DNA of 63,861 bases, the filler included, from Octopus bimaculoides (Eukaryota): NCBI RefSeq assembly GCF_001194135.2. It is 6 parts of 6 records of this genome, joined end to end, with 100 filler letters (N's around TTAATTAATTAA, not from the genome) between each part and the next. Parts side by side here need not be neighbours in the genome. Positions count along the whole stretch, not along the records: positions 23,899 to 47,122 come from NC_068983.1; positions 47,223 to 60,659 come from NC_068982.1; 4 more parts are not named here. One strand, written 5' to 3'. Below, piece after piece: positions 37,606 through 52,074 of this stretch; within the stretch, counting starts at the first letter, position 1, and every line of letters starts with the position of its first letter. The notes below the pieces were generated by a model. That model searched no databases. It saw nothing but the letters and a program-made list of their open reading frames with translations, and had not been told where the DNA came from. The translations under genes and the position numbers were made by a program.

Positions 37606-39393
37606 TTCACAGTTGTTGGTCCCGAAACAGTAGAACGTCACTTGTACATAACTCACTTGCCTATTTGTAATCTGCACACAGACACATACATAATAATGCT
37701 GACACTAAACAGACAAAGGCTAAAGATGAAAAATTTTAGGTAAAACTGGAAATAACATACTGTAAACAGACTGTGTAAATAAACTTATACATTATCATTA
37801 CTTAGCTAGGATTCAAATAATATGAAATCAAAACTAGAGTCCAAGAATGATTGTGGTATGCTCTGGTCAAAAACCAAACTGACAAGAATTGTATCCTCAA
37901 CTTTGGGATTCACTTTTAAAAGTAGTTATTGAAAATCCATTAAGAGCTGCTTAAGCATTGTCGATTTACTAAGAGCTACTTGGATAACATCACAGTTGGT
38001 ATAAAAAGTGTTCTACAATGTTGGCAGGAAAACGAAAGATAAACAAAGTACTAACTACAAGCAACACTAGAAAATGATGAATCCACACTACTATGGAGCT
38101 GTGTTGTATGTACTGTTAGTGAGTTAAGTGTGAACAAATGAAACAACATTGTTAATGACCAATTAGTTGAAAAGGATCTTATTGCAAAAAATCTTAATTA
38201 CTTAAGATATGAATATTTTTTAATTATGAAATAAAAACCATTCTCTAATTTGAGAACCTTAAAACATTTTAGCATGTATTATTTTGGTTTTTAAGATTCC
38301 AGGTCATTGTTGACTTATGGCTACAATTGGTTCCAACTGACTGGTCATAAGTCGATTTGGTTGCAAGTCAGCCTGTAGGCTTACATAGCTTTATTTTATA
38401 TTCTTACATTCTTAAGGTACATTTTCAGGTAAAAGTCACACCCAACATTCTGTATTATACTATCATACTGGTGTTAGTCAAAAATTTTGGCATCCCGAGC
38501 AGTCATCTTATAAACAAATACGAGGTTGCCTCAATGTTTCCATGACAAGATATTCGTCAAACACTTGGGATAAACATAGCGGCAATTGAAAACCAAATCT
38601 AGGGTAAATGTTTGTTAGCTGGCATCATCTGTAAATGGGTTAATTTCTAAGAAATTAAAGTTATTAGATTTCAACTGGACTATATATTATTGCTGCCGGA
38701 AGCTGGCACACCAACTGTCGTAAGGTCAATCAGTCGTAAATCAGATAGGTCGTAAGTTGGCAGCAACCTCTACTGAGTTGTCAGTAACATCATGTTCTTA
38801 GGGGGACACTGCACATTTACATCCCAGCTCAAGTAAGATGCCCATCAGTATGTTTAATTTCTAGTGCATAAACTCCAAAGCCAGCATGTGGAAAAAACAT
38901 TGAGATATAGTGTCATTTCTGACTGAGTAAAAGGGGACTGACCAGTAAAAATGGGCCAAATCTGAAAATTTGTAAATAAAATTGCCTCATCTAAAACTTC
39001 ATTTTAGAAAAATTGTTTTCTTCTGTCAGTACAAATGATAATGGGTGAGAAGGAAATATATAAAAGGATTGTCAACAAAAATGCCATAATTTGCAATACA
39101 AATTCTAGTTCCAAGAATATATTGCAAACATGAAATGATCTTGTTGATAAAACTGTGTACAGGTACTCCATGTATCATTAGTTCAAATCATCAACTAATG
39201 TTTCAAGCAGAAAGCTATTTTTAGCAATGACTACCTGTGATAAATAAGAGCCAAATATTTTATGGCAAAAATTACTTGCAATAGATTGAGTCTTGTCCAG
39301 AAGTCTTTTCTTTTCATCATCATTCTCATCATCATTACAACCACCACCACCACCACCACCATCATATCATCCTCATCAACAACAACATCATTT

Positions 39394-39900
39394 AACATCC
39401 ATATTTCATGCTGGGAGAGGTTGACAGGAGTCACTTGCTTACTCACATTTAAGAGAGAGAGAGTGAAAATGATCTGTAGGAGCTGTGAATCCAGTCGTTT
39501 CTCAAGGTATGAAATGAGTAGAAGTTCCTTGGATAAAGGGACTAAGGTAGTGGGAGATTTTCAAGAGTTTATGGGGATAGTAAGAGTTGGGGGAATAGGA
39601 AGTAGGCAAAAATTTATTGGGCTGAAGGGCTGATATAAAGTGTGATAGATAACCAATGATGCATGAGCTGGGGAAGGTAAAGGGATGTCAAAGATAAATG
39701 GTGGGTAGAGCAGCAGGATAGTAATAGTGATTATAATGATGATACAGTCGATGGGGGGAGGCCAAGACAGAGATAACATATAGTTGGGTAGGATGTAGGA
39801 GTTGGGGGAGAGAGGTAGGTGTAGCGCATGAGGATTTGATAATTTGGTGGCAAAGAGAAGTGGAATGATCACAGTGACAGGTGAGTGAAGAGAACAATCA
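39394..39900 (-). mobile_element. L2/CR1-group LINE fragment (endonuclease end or linker)
   Basis: Pro/His/Ser-rich broken frames (HASLVIYHTLYQPFSP...TLVPLSKELLLISYLEKRLDS) of the kind seen in L2-group ORF2; clade call is tentative. Confidence 0.5.
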
Positions 39901-40029
39901 TTAATGGACAAAGAGTGGCTAACAAATTAAATGGTTCCAGGAAACAAGAAAAAATAGGACAGTCTCAAAGAGGTATGGAGCTGCAGTGAGAGAGATGATG
40001 GATGTGCAGAGGAGAATGAGCTGAGTGCC

Positions 40030-40245
40030 CATTTGGGCAAATACATACACACAATGCTTCCAGAAATCAGCTTTGCAAATGTGGGAAGAACTTTTCAAGA
40101 ATCTCGTGTGGCCAGATATCCTGGTTCTTTGTCATCTCCGAGATCAGCCTTCATCGCTTTGTTCCTTGTCTTCCTGGGTCTCCTTCTTCCACAAGCACCA
40201 TCCACATTCAGTGATCAGCACTTCTTTATAATTATCCCCATCCAA
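40030..40245 (-). mobile_element. RTE LINE 3' end, degenerate
   Basis: gtggatggtgcttgtggaagaaggagacccaggaagaca corresponds to the ..GRGRPRKTW.. C-terminal motif. Confidence 0.6.
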
Positions 40246-41223
40246 AGATATCACATATCCATATCAGCACAATCTTCTTTCTTGCACACTACATCTGGTT
40301 TTTCTTATACCCAGTTTTTCTCTCAGCACATTTATACTATGACATTCTTACACTGTAAAAGTGTACACAAGATAGAAATTAAATGTGTACAAGTTCAAGT
40401 ATTTCCTATAATTTACAAATATAAATGAAAATAAGTACATGACCTCACAACATACTTAATATTTCTAAAACTATCCCAAAGATCAGGACATTCTCTTTAG
40501 AGAATGTACTTTAATTCTGTTAATTACTAACCTTCTTCAAAGCTCAAATAAAGCCTAGACTGGAGCATGGTCCATACCTTTTTTTCATGGCACTTCATGC
40601 ATTTATATCTAAGACAAAATCCAAAAGAAATCCAATCATCTGATTAGCAAAGAATCAATTCCCAACATACTTCAACTACTAGCTTACAACACACTGTTTT
40701 TTCATTCTGTTTTTACTGCTAATACAATGAGGTCCATTTCTCTAAACTAGCTACTTACATCACTACTTTATTTACTCTGTTCAGTCATCTCACCTGTCTC
40801 TTTTTTACCTATATGTCACATCCCAACTCTGCATTATCACACTAGACACAGTACCAAATCCTTCCTTCCAGAAAAGTAATCTTGGAGAATTACACCCGCT
40901 ACCTCTGCCACACATTCTTCTAACAGAGACTAACTTTCAAATGTCTAAGCTGACTATCAACTGTATCAGTTCTACTAATTTAGGTGCATTTGTTTTATAT
41001 CATGGATCCTTATTGACTAACATATAGAAAACAAATTTTACACAAGAATATATACATATGTATGTATTGGTATGACTGCTGACTTAAGAATTTTACCTTA
41101 CAGTCACATACTTTGGTGTGCTGTTCCTCTTCATGAAACCTAGGTGAGTATCTTCTACTATAGCCCCAGGATAATCAAAGCTATGGAAGTGGATTTTGTA
41201 GATGGAAACTAAAAGAAAACCAT

Positions 41224-41272
<49 letters not shown>

Positions 41273-41709
41273 GCGTGAATGTATGCATGCATGTATGTGA
41301 GTGTTTGTGTTTCTTTGTTATGAAGTCAAAAGACAGTTGTAAACTAGTGTAATCACACAAGTGGAGTTGGTATGCTTCTTTTCAAATTTTCTGCCAAGGA
41401 TGTCTGACCATAGAAATATATTACCTTGTTTGAAAACAGGTGAGGGCTGGTTGCAGAAAATCTGCTTTAAGGAATTCCATTTTGACCCATGCAATCACAG
41501 AAAGGAGTAAAAACCTTGATCCTTATGATACAGTTTTAAGAATATTAACTATGATAGGTCACCTCATATTTATTTTCATGAATCATGAGAATAACTTGAA
41601 CTTGTACTCATCTTATTTGCATTGATGAAATGATGAGGATGATGATGATGATGACGACGACGATGACAACAATGACAACAACAACAACGACAACAATAAC
41701 GATGAGGAC

Positions 41710-42006
41710 AACATCCATATTTCATGCTGGGAGAGGTTGACAGGAGTCACTTGCTTACTCACATTTAAGAGAGAGAGAGTGAAAATGATCTGTAGGAGCT
41801 GTGAATCCAGTCGTTTCTCAAGGTATGAAATGAGTAGAAGTTCCTTGGATAAAGGGACTAAGGTAGTGGGAGATTTTCAAGAGTTTATGGGGATAGTAAG
41901 AGTTGGGGGAATAGGAAGTAGGCAAAAATTTATTGGGCTGAAGGGCTGATATAAAGTGTGATAGATAACCAATGATGCATGAGCTGGGGAAGGTAAAGGG
42001 ATGTCA
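41710..42006 (-). repeat. 297-bp copy of 39394-39690
   Basis: No differences seen by eye; same orientation as the first copy. Confidence 0.95.
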
Positions 42007-43269
42007 TAGTGATGATGATGATAACGACGATCATCATGTGATTGCTTGTATCTCAAGTTACAAATTTCTTAGTCATAATTGGTTCTATAGTGATTTGGGA
42101 GCAAACTAAACCTTAAAGCTTTCTCTGAAATTGCAGTTCTTTTTTATTTGTTTATTTTTTCTGTGTAAGACGTTTGTAAGAATGCCATCTTTTATAGCAT
42201 TAATGAGATGTTGACCTTGTTGTCAGATTGAATTTGTAAATTAATTTCCCATAATGTAAAGTAGTTCAACAACTTCCATTAATTCTAGCTTTAGTTTTGA
42301 TATCATCTGAGCAATTGAAGACAATTGTTCTAAAAGTACTTAAGCTACACAAAAATCGATGTGACTTAGGCACTTTAAGCAGTAAGGTCTTCAATTTTGT
42401 TTCCTAAGTATATCTAATTCAGTTACTTTCTTATTTCCCTTAAATTTAATCAACCTATGGTTACAATAGATCATCACAGCCTACTGCTTCTCAAGATCCA
42501 AAATTCATAAAGTAACTTGCAAAAGTAATTATCGTTTTCATTTATTTGAATCCTTTTCCTCGAGTATTAATGTTTAAAGGAAATTCACAAATTCACAATA
42601 CTCTTTAATCAATTTATGGTATACCCACTTTCCAAGTACTATAATGTATTAATTTTGCTCAAAAAGGAAAAACTGTAATTTCAGATTTCTAATGATAAGA
42701 ATAGCCTTGATGTTATAAAATGAATTTCATATTGTTTGATAAATGCTTTTACCAAAATAGTTTAAGGGCTTCTAAACTTTTGTTTCAGTTATATGCTTCT
42801 AGTTTATCATCATCATCGTCATGATCATGATGATGATCATCATCATCATAATCACCACCACCACCACCACCACCACCACCACCATCATCATCTTATTATT
42901 ATTATTATTATCATTATTATTTTCTTATTTATTTTACAATAGCTATTTGCTGGATTTATTTAGTTTCCAATAAAGGTAAAAACAATTAAATAAATCATAT
43001 GCTGTTTGATTGTTTATAACCTTTGAAGCACATTTGTTTTCACTCTACAGAAAGGAATAACAAAATCACATTGCTATAAACAATTAACTAAATTGAAATA
43101 TCTGAAATAAAAAGAATTAGGTTATAGTTGAACTTTATAACTGTTATGTATTAATTTGACAAACAAAAGTAATTCTACATAATTGTAAAATTGGAAAATA
43201 AGATTTTTCCATAATCATTCATGATAGAGTACTGCTCCCACATTTAGAATGATGTTGTTGCAACACATA

Positions 43270-43620
43270 CAAGAATTCTTGATTGCACCTCATTCAAAAT
43301 CAACCTAGCTAATTGGTGTGAAATCACTTGCCCTCATACTTCAACCTCTAAGGCAGATATATGCTCTCTCCACTGCCAGCTTTCTGCTGCAACAATAGAC
43401 TCTGCATCTCAAATTTAGCTGGTGTCAAGCCAACTTCACTCAGAAACATTTTCACCTCACTCATTTTCTCATCATCTACATTATGCCTACTGTTTCAAGT
43501 CATGCACAAAGAACTACAATCAGTTCTTCCTTCCTAGAATCTTGACTCTTTGGAATTTCTTCCCAACCCTTGTTTTTCCTGTAGCTATCAACTTGCAAAA
43601 ATTTACGTGAAACATTAAAC
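43270..43620 (+). mobile_element. CR1-clade LINE 3' end
   Basis: ...QFFLPRILTLWNFFPTLVFPVAINLQKF matches the FFPRTxxLWNxLP motif. Confidence 0.7.
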
Positions 43621-43823
43621 TGCATCAGTTTCATCCCACCTTATGATATATGCATACACCAGGAGTACATCATCTTCCACCAGATCAAAAAGAATAAAGG
43701 CAAAATTTAATCTACCACTGACGCTGGAAGATGTTTGGAAAAAAGTTATAGGATTTATTATTTCAAAGGAACTAATCATGCTAAAAACGTAATTTATGTT
43801 TCTTCTTATTACATCAATAGTTA

Positions 43824-44190
43824 TTATTACTTCTGCCTTAGCGAAGGCAGAGGTATTGTTTTCAGTTGTGTTTGTTTGTCCATGGATAAGATATCTCAAG
43901 AACCACTGGATAGATTTGGATGAAACTTTCAGAGATCTTTGGCCTCATAACTGGCATGAGTTGATTAGATTTTGGGATCGATTTGGTACCGGACAAGGAT
44001 TCTGGATTATTTTTCCTGTTTTTTCATTTGATTTGTGAGAGCAGTTGGGTTCATTTTTAATATTCCCATTTGTGAGAGCAGTCGAGTTTATTTCAAATAT
44101 TCTCATTTTAAAAATTGTCTCTGGCTAATCGTTGAGAGGACGTTAGTGTTGCCTTGGTGGAGGTTTGAACTCACTGAGTGCTCTTCTTAT
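43824..44190 (+). mobile_element. Non-autonomous Helentron (DINE-1/HINE-like)
   Basis: 5' ttattacttctgcc(ttagcgaaggcagagg) and 3' ccttggtggaggt subterminal inverted repeats, followed by a short stem-loop (gaactcactgagtgc) and a T-rich end. Confidence 0.75.
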
Positions 44191-45985
44191 TATTGATTTT
44201 AGCACACTGGTGCTAAAATTAAGCAATTACTGGTGTCTTCCCAAAGGAAAATTTTAAACAAAAACTAAAATATTTAGAAAGCTATTGCTTACTTTCTTTT
44301 ATTAATTACAAACTTAGAAAAGTAAGTTCAAGATGCTCCAGCAACATTATGGATTCTCTAAAGCCTTAAATTATAATTTTAAAAGTCATGATTAGCAAAG
44401 ATTCACTAACCATAACTGTACAACACAAAACCCTCAGGTACATTTTATCTCTCTCACACCCTGTTGCTAATATAACAGTTTCTGTTCAATCTTCTGAACC
44501 AGCAAACAATGTACTACTACATCCTAAAACCTCCTGCTGCACCTGCCTCTCTTACTCTCATCATTCCTACACATTCGCCTTAGGCACGCTCTTTGCTTAA
44601 CACTTCTTTAAATAACTTCTCAAATAGTCCACTTATAATGTTCAGCTTCTCCTCAAGTGTAATGTTAGATTTGCTTCAATAATTTAACCTCTTTTACTTT
44701 GTTTTAATATTCTTTTTCCTCTGTAGCTTCTTTCTGAAACTCAGTTCCTTATCAGGTATTTTTTACCAGAATCAACTGGTAAAAGTTCAAGATATATATC
44801 ATCCACAATGTCTACACCTATCTTGGAGGGTCTGCAATGATCATAGATGCTGCTCTTCTAATTACTCTTCTACCTATTTACTCTTCCGCTAAATAAACCA
44901 AATGTTGGCTCATACTGGTGAAATCTGTTATAATCCATTTCTTCTTGATAACCTCTACCATTTGATAACCTTTTACTTGTTTTACGACTAATGTTATCTA
45001 ACAATCATATTCAATTGTTAACTACTACAACCATTCTTTGACTAAATTTCACTACCTATACTCCTGCCATTCATATTATTTTAGTTGCTGGGTCTGGAGG
45101 AAGTAACACTGCTTATGGAATTTAGAGGTCCACCTAGATTGGTGAGATTGGGGAAAATTTTAGAAATCAACATCTGCAGGAAAGATTTGAACAAGGGGGA
45201 AATTCCAGAATGTGAATGTTTTGTGAAAGAGGCTCGATTTCACAATAATTGATGTTCATATGTAATTTGTTTTTGTACAGTATTAAAGTCATAACAATTT
45301 ATTACTAAACACTTTTACTTTGAGAAGAAATTTTTTTAAATGGAGATAATGTTGAGAAGAGTATTTATAGACAAACATAATTAATCTATGTACTTGATTA
45401 TTCTTCCCTTACACATTTTAGTACATAAAGCAGAACACAGGTTACAGTTTTAAAATATAATCTGGTGTTTACTGTGTTTACTGATTAATATAGCATGAAA
45501 TATGGCAATATGTTATTGAAGTTCATTTCATGATTATGTAATACTTGCTTTAATCTGAAGGTGCAGAATCTTGGGCAAGTGTCTTCTACCTTAGCGTAGG
45601 ATCTGTCAAAGTTTTCTCATGGAAATTGGGTTGCTGGAAGCTGTATGGATGCCCCTGTAGGATGGATTGCATTTTCTCTTAGGTGGTTGACTTTATCCAT
45701 TGTTCTGTTTAACATCACCTCATGACTCTTGGATGCTTTCTGCAGTTTTCAATATAATACATGAATACAGACAAATTTTATGGTCTGAATATAATCCATG
45801 AGTATTAGTTTCTTCATCCATTACCACAACCAGGCTCAGAAGCTCATAAAATAGTGATAGCCATCCATGTCCTCCCCTGGCAAAGCCATCGAGCCATAAA
45901 AAAATAGGGAACTGTAGAGTTACAGTAGGGATAGAAGCTAGAAGCTGGAAAATTAATCATAGCAGAAATAAAAGAAGAATCCATA

Positions 45986-46157
45986 GATGCAGGAGTGGCT
46001 GTGTGGTAAGTAGCTTGCTTACCAACCACATGGTTCCGCGTTCAGTCCCACTGCGTGGCAACTTGGGCAAGTGTCTTCTACTATAGCCTCAGGCCGACCA
46101 AAGCCTTGTGAGTGGATTTGGTAGACGGAAACTGAAAGAAGCCCGTCGTATATATGG

Positions 46158-46232
<75 letters not shown>

Positions 46233-46427
46233 TGTTGTCTGTGTTTGTCCCCCTTGGCATTGCTTTACAACCCATGCTGGTGTGTTTACGTCCCCATAAC
46301 TTAGCGGTTCGACAAAACAGACCGATAGAATAAGTCCCGGGGTTGATTTGCTCGACTAAAAAGGTGGTGCTCCAGCATGGCCGCAGCCAAATGACTGAAA
46401 CAAGTAAAAGAGTAAAAGAGTAAAGAG
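45986..46427 (+). mobile_element. SINE family A, full-length reference copy
   Basis: A box TGGCTGTGTGG, B-box-like GTTCAGTCCC, internal (TA)(TG)n, tail repeat AGTAAAAG. It may belong to the published octopus OK/OR families, but I cannot assign it. Confidence 0.9.
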
Positions 46428-46769
46428 TATGATAAGGAAAAGGAAAAACATAACAAGATAATGAGAATGACAAGGATGTTGACAATGATGGTGACAATGA
46501 TGATAATCATAGTTGCTGTGCTAGTAGGGATGAAATAGCAAAAGAAAATTTCTAAAGTCATTTCTATTATCTATATCTAGTTATAATCAACAAAATATGA
46601 TGAAATGAGTACCAGCAAGTATTCATAACAGGGTGATGAGGCATGACGAAGAGGCAGGTTTGATTCCTTGCCTTTACATTTCTCCTATCAATGATTTCAC
46701 ATCTTAGTCAAAGCTTGATATATGATTGCTTCTACAAGGCTGAGTTATCCAAAAGGAGTAACAGAATAT

Positions 46770-47122
46770 TTTCTGTTGCCAGAAGGGAAGCTAGGCGACA
46801 GGTTTATTTAGCCAGAGGGGAGGCAGATAAGAAAAGATTTGCCAATGTTCTGTGCCGTGAGGACCAAAGACTTGAGGTATTTCGTGTCGCAAGACAGTGT
46901 AGGAGAGAGAATAGTGATGTAGTAGGAGAGAAATGTGTTCGCATGGATGATGGTACGCTTGCTCTAAATGAGGCTGCAAAGAAAGAGGTCTGGAGAAGCC
47001 ACTACGATAGATTGCTTAATAAAGAGAATGAATGGGAGAAAGAGAGTCTGCCGTATGTTGACCCAACAGAGGGACCAGCTATCCGAGTTGACAGTACATT
47101 GGTAGATAAAGCAATTAAGAGT
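46770..47122 (+). mobile_element. RTE LINE linker between endonuclease and RT
   Basis: ARREARRQVYLAR...VFRVARQCRRENSDVVGEKCVR...WRSHYDRLLNKENEW...GPAIRV; cut by a linker gap. Confidence 0.85.
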
Positions 47123-48024
47123 NNNNNNNNNNNNNNNNNNNNNNNNNNNNNNNNNNNNNNNNNNNNTTAATTAATTAANNNNNNNNNNNNNNNNNNNNNN
47201 NNNNNNNNNNNNNNNNNNNNNNATATATATATATATAGGTTTGCGTGCCCCTGTATGTGCGTTTGTGCGTGTGTATGTGTGCGTGTCAACGAATGACAAA
47301 AGAACAGGAGTTACGAAATAGCTTTCATTACTTTACACCTGTTTGTTATATGCTTTGTTATAAGCATTGCACACAGAACCGACCGCCTTCTCAGAGTCAT
47401 ATTACATGCAGATACAAACACAAACACATGCACACACACATGTGTATTTCCATATACATATATTTAATTAAAATAACCATTTATACACACCATTCTCATA
47501 GCACCTAATGGAATTGCTGTACTAAAAACAAAATAAATATGACAGATGAAAGAAAATTCGTTTCAGCAGCGGATTTTTCGAGCATGTGACAGGCTGCGAG
47601 TAAGCGCCATGAAAACATCAAAAATGTCCAAAATGCATCTGGCACTCTCATTAGCCACTAATATGATACATAGAGAGATATGTTTTATTCATCATTATCT
47701 GTGTCTGAGACGACAAGTTCTCGATCGAGCATTTGTTTGCCTGAAAAGGCCCCAAAAGGCTGAAATGCATGTGTTGTTCTCGTTAGACACTGCGGGGAGG
47801 AATTTCGTCTCTTTCTGATATCCATTGTTTTTAACATAGCGAGTCCATAACAGATGTTATACCAAGGGAAATATTGTAGCAGCTCGCTTATCAGCAGCGA
47901 GTATACATTGAGTATGATTGATATATTCATATATCTTTTATCTGTTACTTATTTTAGACTGCGGCTATGCTAGAGTACCACCATGAAGAATTTTATACCA
48001 AATCGACCGCAGTACTTATTTTAT

Positions 48025-48085
<61 letters not shown>

Positions 48086-48423
48086 TTGACGCCTAGAATT
48101 TATTGTATTTTTACGGTCATATATTGAAAGCTTTCAAATTCCACCAAGAGTCAACATTATGTACTGTGATTCTGAAGTCGACAAAATACAGTACAAGACA
48201 AATATTGGTGTAGACTTAATCAACTCTAACTTCCCCCCAACGTCAGATGTCTCGTGCCAATTCTAAAAATCCACTATATATGTATGTATGTATGTATGTA
48301 CACACATACGCACACTCTATTTAATTTCGACTCCACACATTCAGGTCTCAGTTTTCTATATTGTTGACACTGATTTCTTTTATCTGGATCCTATAATATA
48401 TGTATTGATATTTAAAAGATGTC

Positions 48424-48600
48424 CAAGGCGACGAGCTGGCAGAATCATTAAAACACCGGGCAAAATGCTTAGCAGCACTTCGTCCCTCTCTTCGTTCTGC
48501 ATTCAGTGTATGTTATTTTAAATTGATCCTGTACTCGGTACTCTGGGTTAGAATCATGTCAGCATCGACTTAGACTTTCATCTTTCTAAGATTGATAAAC
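48424..48600 (+). mobile_element. SINE family B head fragments
   Basis: aaggcgacgagctggcagaatcatta..acaccgggcaaaatgcttagc is homologous to 18081-18150. Confidence 0.75.
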
Positions 48601-49516
48601 ATAATACTCGTCCTATACTAGGTTAGATTCTTCTCTTTTCTCCCACTTTCTTTCCACCTCTCTCTTTTTCTATATCTCTCTGGGAATAACTGGCTGTGTC
48701 GACGGCTTAATAGGGATGGGTTCCGAGTGTCTAAAAGTATCAAAGACAACGGTGTATGTCACGACACTACACCCACGATTGAATGAAGGTGTTTTAAACT
48801 CAAGACGCTACAATATATGCTGTGTATTTACGAAGTTCCGCACTAAACCGAGTTTCTGACTGTGTTGATCTTGGTTTTAGTTATTTCACTTAATCCATTA
48901 ATGTTATCGAGAACAATCTAAATGTCACGACCCCTTACGACCCCAACTACTACCAATTAAACATTCAACCCCTGATCATAATCATCAAGCCAATGACACA
49001 CGTTATCGCAATATTAATCTTAGACTTGTTAACATTGTCATAACAAAATAGAATATGGTTTATTTATAAGTATCAACCAGGAATACGATGATAAACACCT
49101 AACACCTTTAGAAATATGTGCTCATATAAAGGGAACATTTACGGTTGATTCAATTACGTTAGAAACGTTTGAAAGTAGATCAATGCATTGATACTTGAAG
49201 AAGTAAGAGAGTTTATTTGGCGAGAGAAAGCAGGCTCAAACAAAACTTAAATGTTGTTTGAGATATGAAGAATTATCAGAGTTGATAGATATAAACATAC
49301 ATCATGCAGGTATAAAATTCTCAGATATAAATATATATATATTTCCTCTTCTATAAATATACACTAAAATCTGCTATCATCTATATATATATATATATGT
49401 ATGTATGTATGTATATATTTGTGTGTGTAATAATATTTCTTATTATGTCGAATTACGATAAAAACAATTTTACATTAAACGGAAGGATTTTATGTTGCAT
49501 GGGGCCTATGAAACTG

Positions 49517-49556
<40 letters not shown>

Positions 49557-49718
49557 NNNNNNNNNNNNNNNNNNNNNNNNNNNNNNNNNNNNNNNNNNNN
49601 NNNNNNNNNNNNNNNNNNNNNNNNNNNNNNNNNNNNNNNNNNNNNNNNNNNNNNNNNNNNNNNNNNNNNNNNNNNNNNNNNNNNNNNNNNNNNNNNNNNN
49701 NNNNNNNNNNNNNNNNNN

Positions 49719-49750
<32 letters not shown>

Positions 49751-49984
49751 CATGAATGGATATATATGAATGTGTGTGTGTACTTGTATGTATATGAGTG
49801 AATAATTATGTATACATATATATAAACATGAAAGGGTATATATGAATGTGTGTGCTGTGTGTGCGCGCGTGCATGTGTGTGTATAACATGTTCCTTCAAA
49901 TAAAGGATGACTGACCGCTAGATGATTGCTAAATGAAGTCTCTAGTGTATAAAATCAACATTTTAAAGTTTATGAAGTTGAAAC

Positions 49985-50185
49985 CAGCCTAACAGAAAGT
50001 GGAAAGAAATATGTGACTATGGTATAGGCCGTGTATCAGAGGAACAAAGCGATGTGCTCCTTGCCTGACTGAGAAATGCCGGATATTATAGATATTACAG
50101 ATATTAACATCCAATAATAAATACCTGAGCAACAAGAGTGAGATCACCAGCAGATGATTACACATCAAGTCCCTATCTGTGGGAA
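49985..50185 (+). mobile_element. Penelope-like element GIY-YIG C-terminal fragment
   Basis: IRGTKRCAPCLTEKCRIL...NNKYLSNKSEITSR*LH matches the CxLCxxEK...LNKRSE motif. Confidence 0.7.
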
Positions 50186-50924
50186 AATATTGCGAAATAA
50201 CCACATAACATCTGTATCTAACCAATGCATCCACACCTTAAACAGCTACAGAAATTAACCTCACACACATAAATACATGAGCTTATACCCATAACAATCT
50301 ACAAATATTATGTAAAGCGTGCACACTCACTACACAACGACATACATACACAACCTCAACAAACAAGAATAGGGCAACTAGCCAATTCACCATTCACCAA
50401 TCGACACGTCTACAACCCACCAATATTTTGATAAATATAAAAAGAGTTGTGTTCCTTGATCAATTCTGTCACTCTCAATCACGTGATCTCACATAAAGAT
50501 CTCTATCTTATTGGGGACTGAAAATAGATCCATAAGAAATGAAGGCATTAAATAATATTTTACGTATATGGATTTCTAAACCAAAGATACGTTTACTGAA
50601 CCGGTAGACTGCATTAATAATATATGTATGTGCAGGTGTGTGAGAGAGAGAGAGGGAGAGAAAGACAGTGAGTGAGAGAGAATAGAAACACATGTATATA
50701 CGTAGGAATATTTTGTGGGAGTTTTCACATGTGCATTTAAAATGACAAGGCAAGTGACATAAATTGAAAATGCATTTATATATTTTATGTCTGTGTTATA
50801 GATGCAGCTAGAAGTATGAGTAAAAATAGAAACTAAATTGATAATGTCAGATGAGAAGAGCACCCCAATATCTAGAGGATATGTCATAAATCATTTTACC
50901 TTGTAAACATAAGTACAAAATATG

Positions 50925-51000
<76 letters not shown>

Positions 51001-51238
51001 AGTTCAAAAAACACAAAAAAACAATAACAAAAAAACAACAAAGTGAGGACGTGATACGTAAAGTGTTATTGGACGCTCGGGACGTGTGTGTGTGCACGCG
51101 CGTGTATGTGTGTTTGTATGAATGCATGTATGAATACGAACAGATGTTCGTACGTGTGTAGGTATATACACATATAAACATATACACATGTGTGAATATA
51201 TGATTTGGATCCAATCGAGAATAATAGTATTATATGAT

Positions 51239-51315
<77 letters not shown>

Positions 51316-52074
51316 TCAAAAATACATGCAGGTAATGGATTTTATACATTTATTTTAAGCTTACAAATGTTTGGGATAAGTATTGGAGGAATTTTGTTCA
51401 ATTGTTCAGTCGTCTTGATCGATCGATCCATGCTCGATCGACTGAAAAATATAGAGAACAATCACCCTACCTTATTATCCTCAGAGCCACAATGAACTGA
51501 CTGCCAAACGAAAGGAATTTCATCAAATTGGTATTATTTGAAAACTGGGTCATCTATGTTGAGTAAATGTCTGACAAGTACTACAAAGACAAAATAATAA
51601 AGGAGAATAGTAGTAGAAGTTAGTTAGAATTTTAAAAAATAGTACATATGACCTTCAAAAAGGAATGAAATCTGTCACCTTACTACCTCGTCTAGGGCTG
51701 TCACAGATACCAGAGGCAATGTATTGAAGTTTACTACTATATTTTAAGATGTTAATAGACGGGGAAATAGTTATAAGCTATGTAAAAAAGACAGTTGAGA
51801 GATTGAGGACACGCCGACTACACAGAAAGAACAAATATCTAATCACTGTATATTGAGATAATCACTTTGCAGTAAATAATAAAGTTTGTAAAATAATAAT
51901 CAGAGATCATACAGAAAATATAAATTGATATAATATTGCAACAGGAAGAAAGGTAAAAGGGTAGTGCCTAACAGAAGTTAGTAGAGGAAATTAATACAAA
52001 AGCTAAAAAGAAAATAAAGGGTAATGGAAAATAAGGAAGCCAAAATTGAAAGTGAATATCTCCTTATAAAGCAA

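Noticed and set aside
38310-38775. Tigger-like TIR remnants (gacttatg / gtcgtaagttgg)
   Set aside because: The ends cannot be aligned confidently and there is no TA TSD.
47560-47900. Merlin/IS1595-like transposase hints (DKRAATIFPL, NTCISAFWG)
   Set aside because: Needs several frameshifts, has no TIRs, and the catalytic residues are not identifiable.
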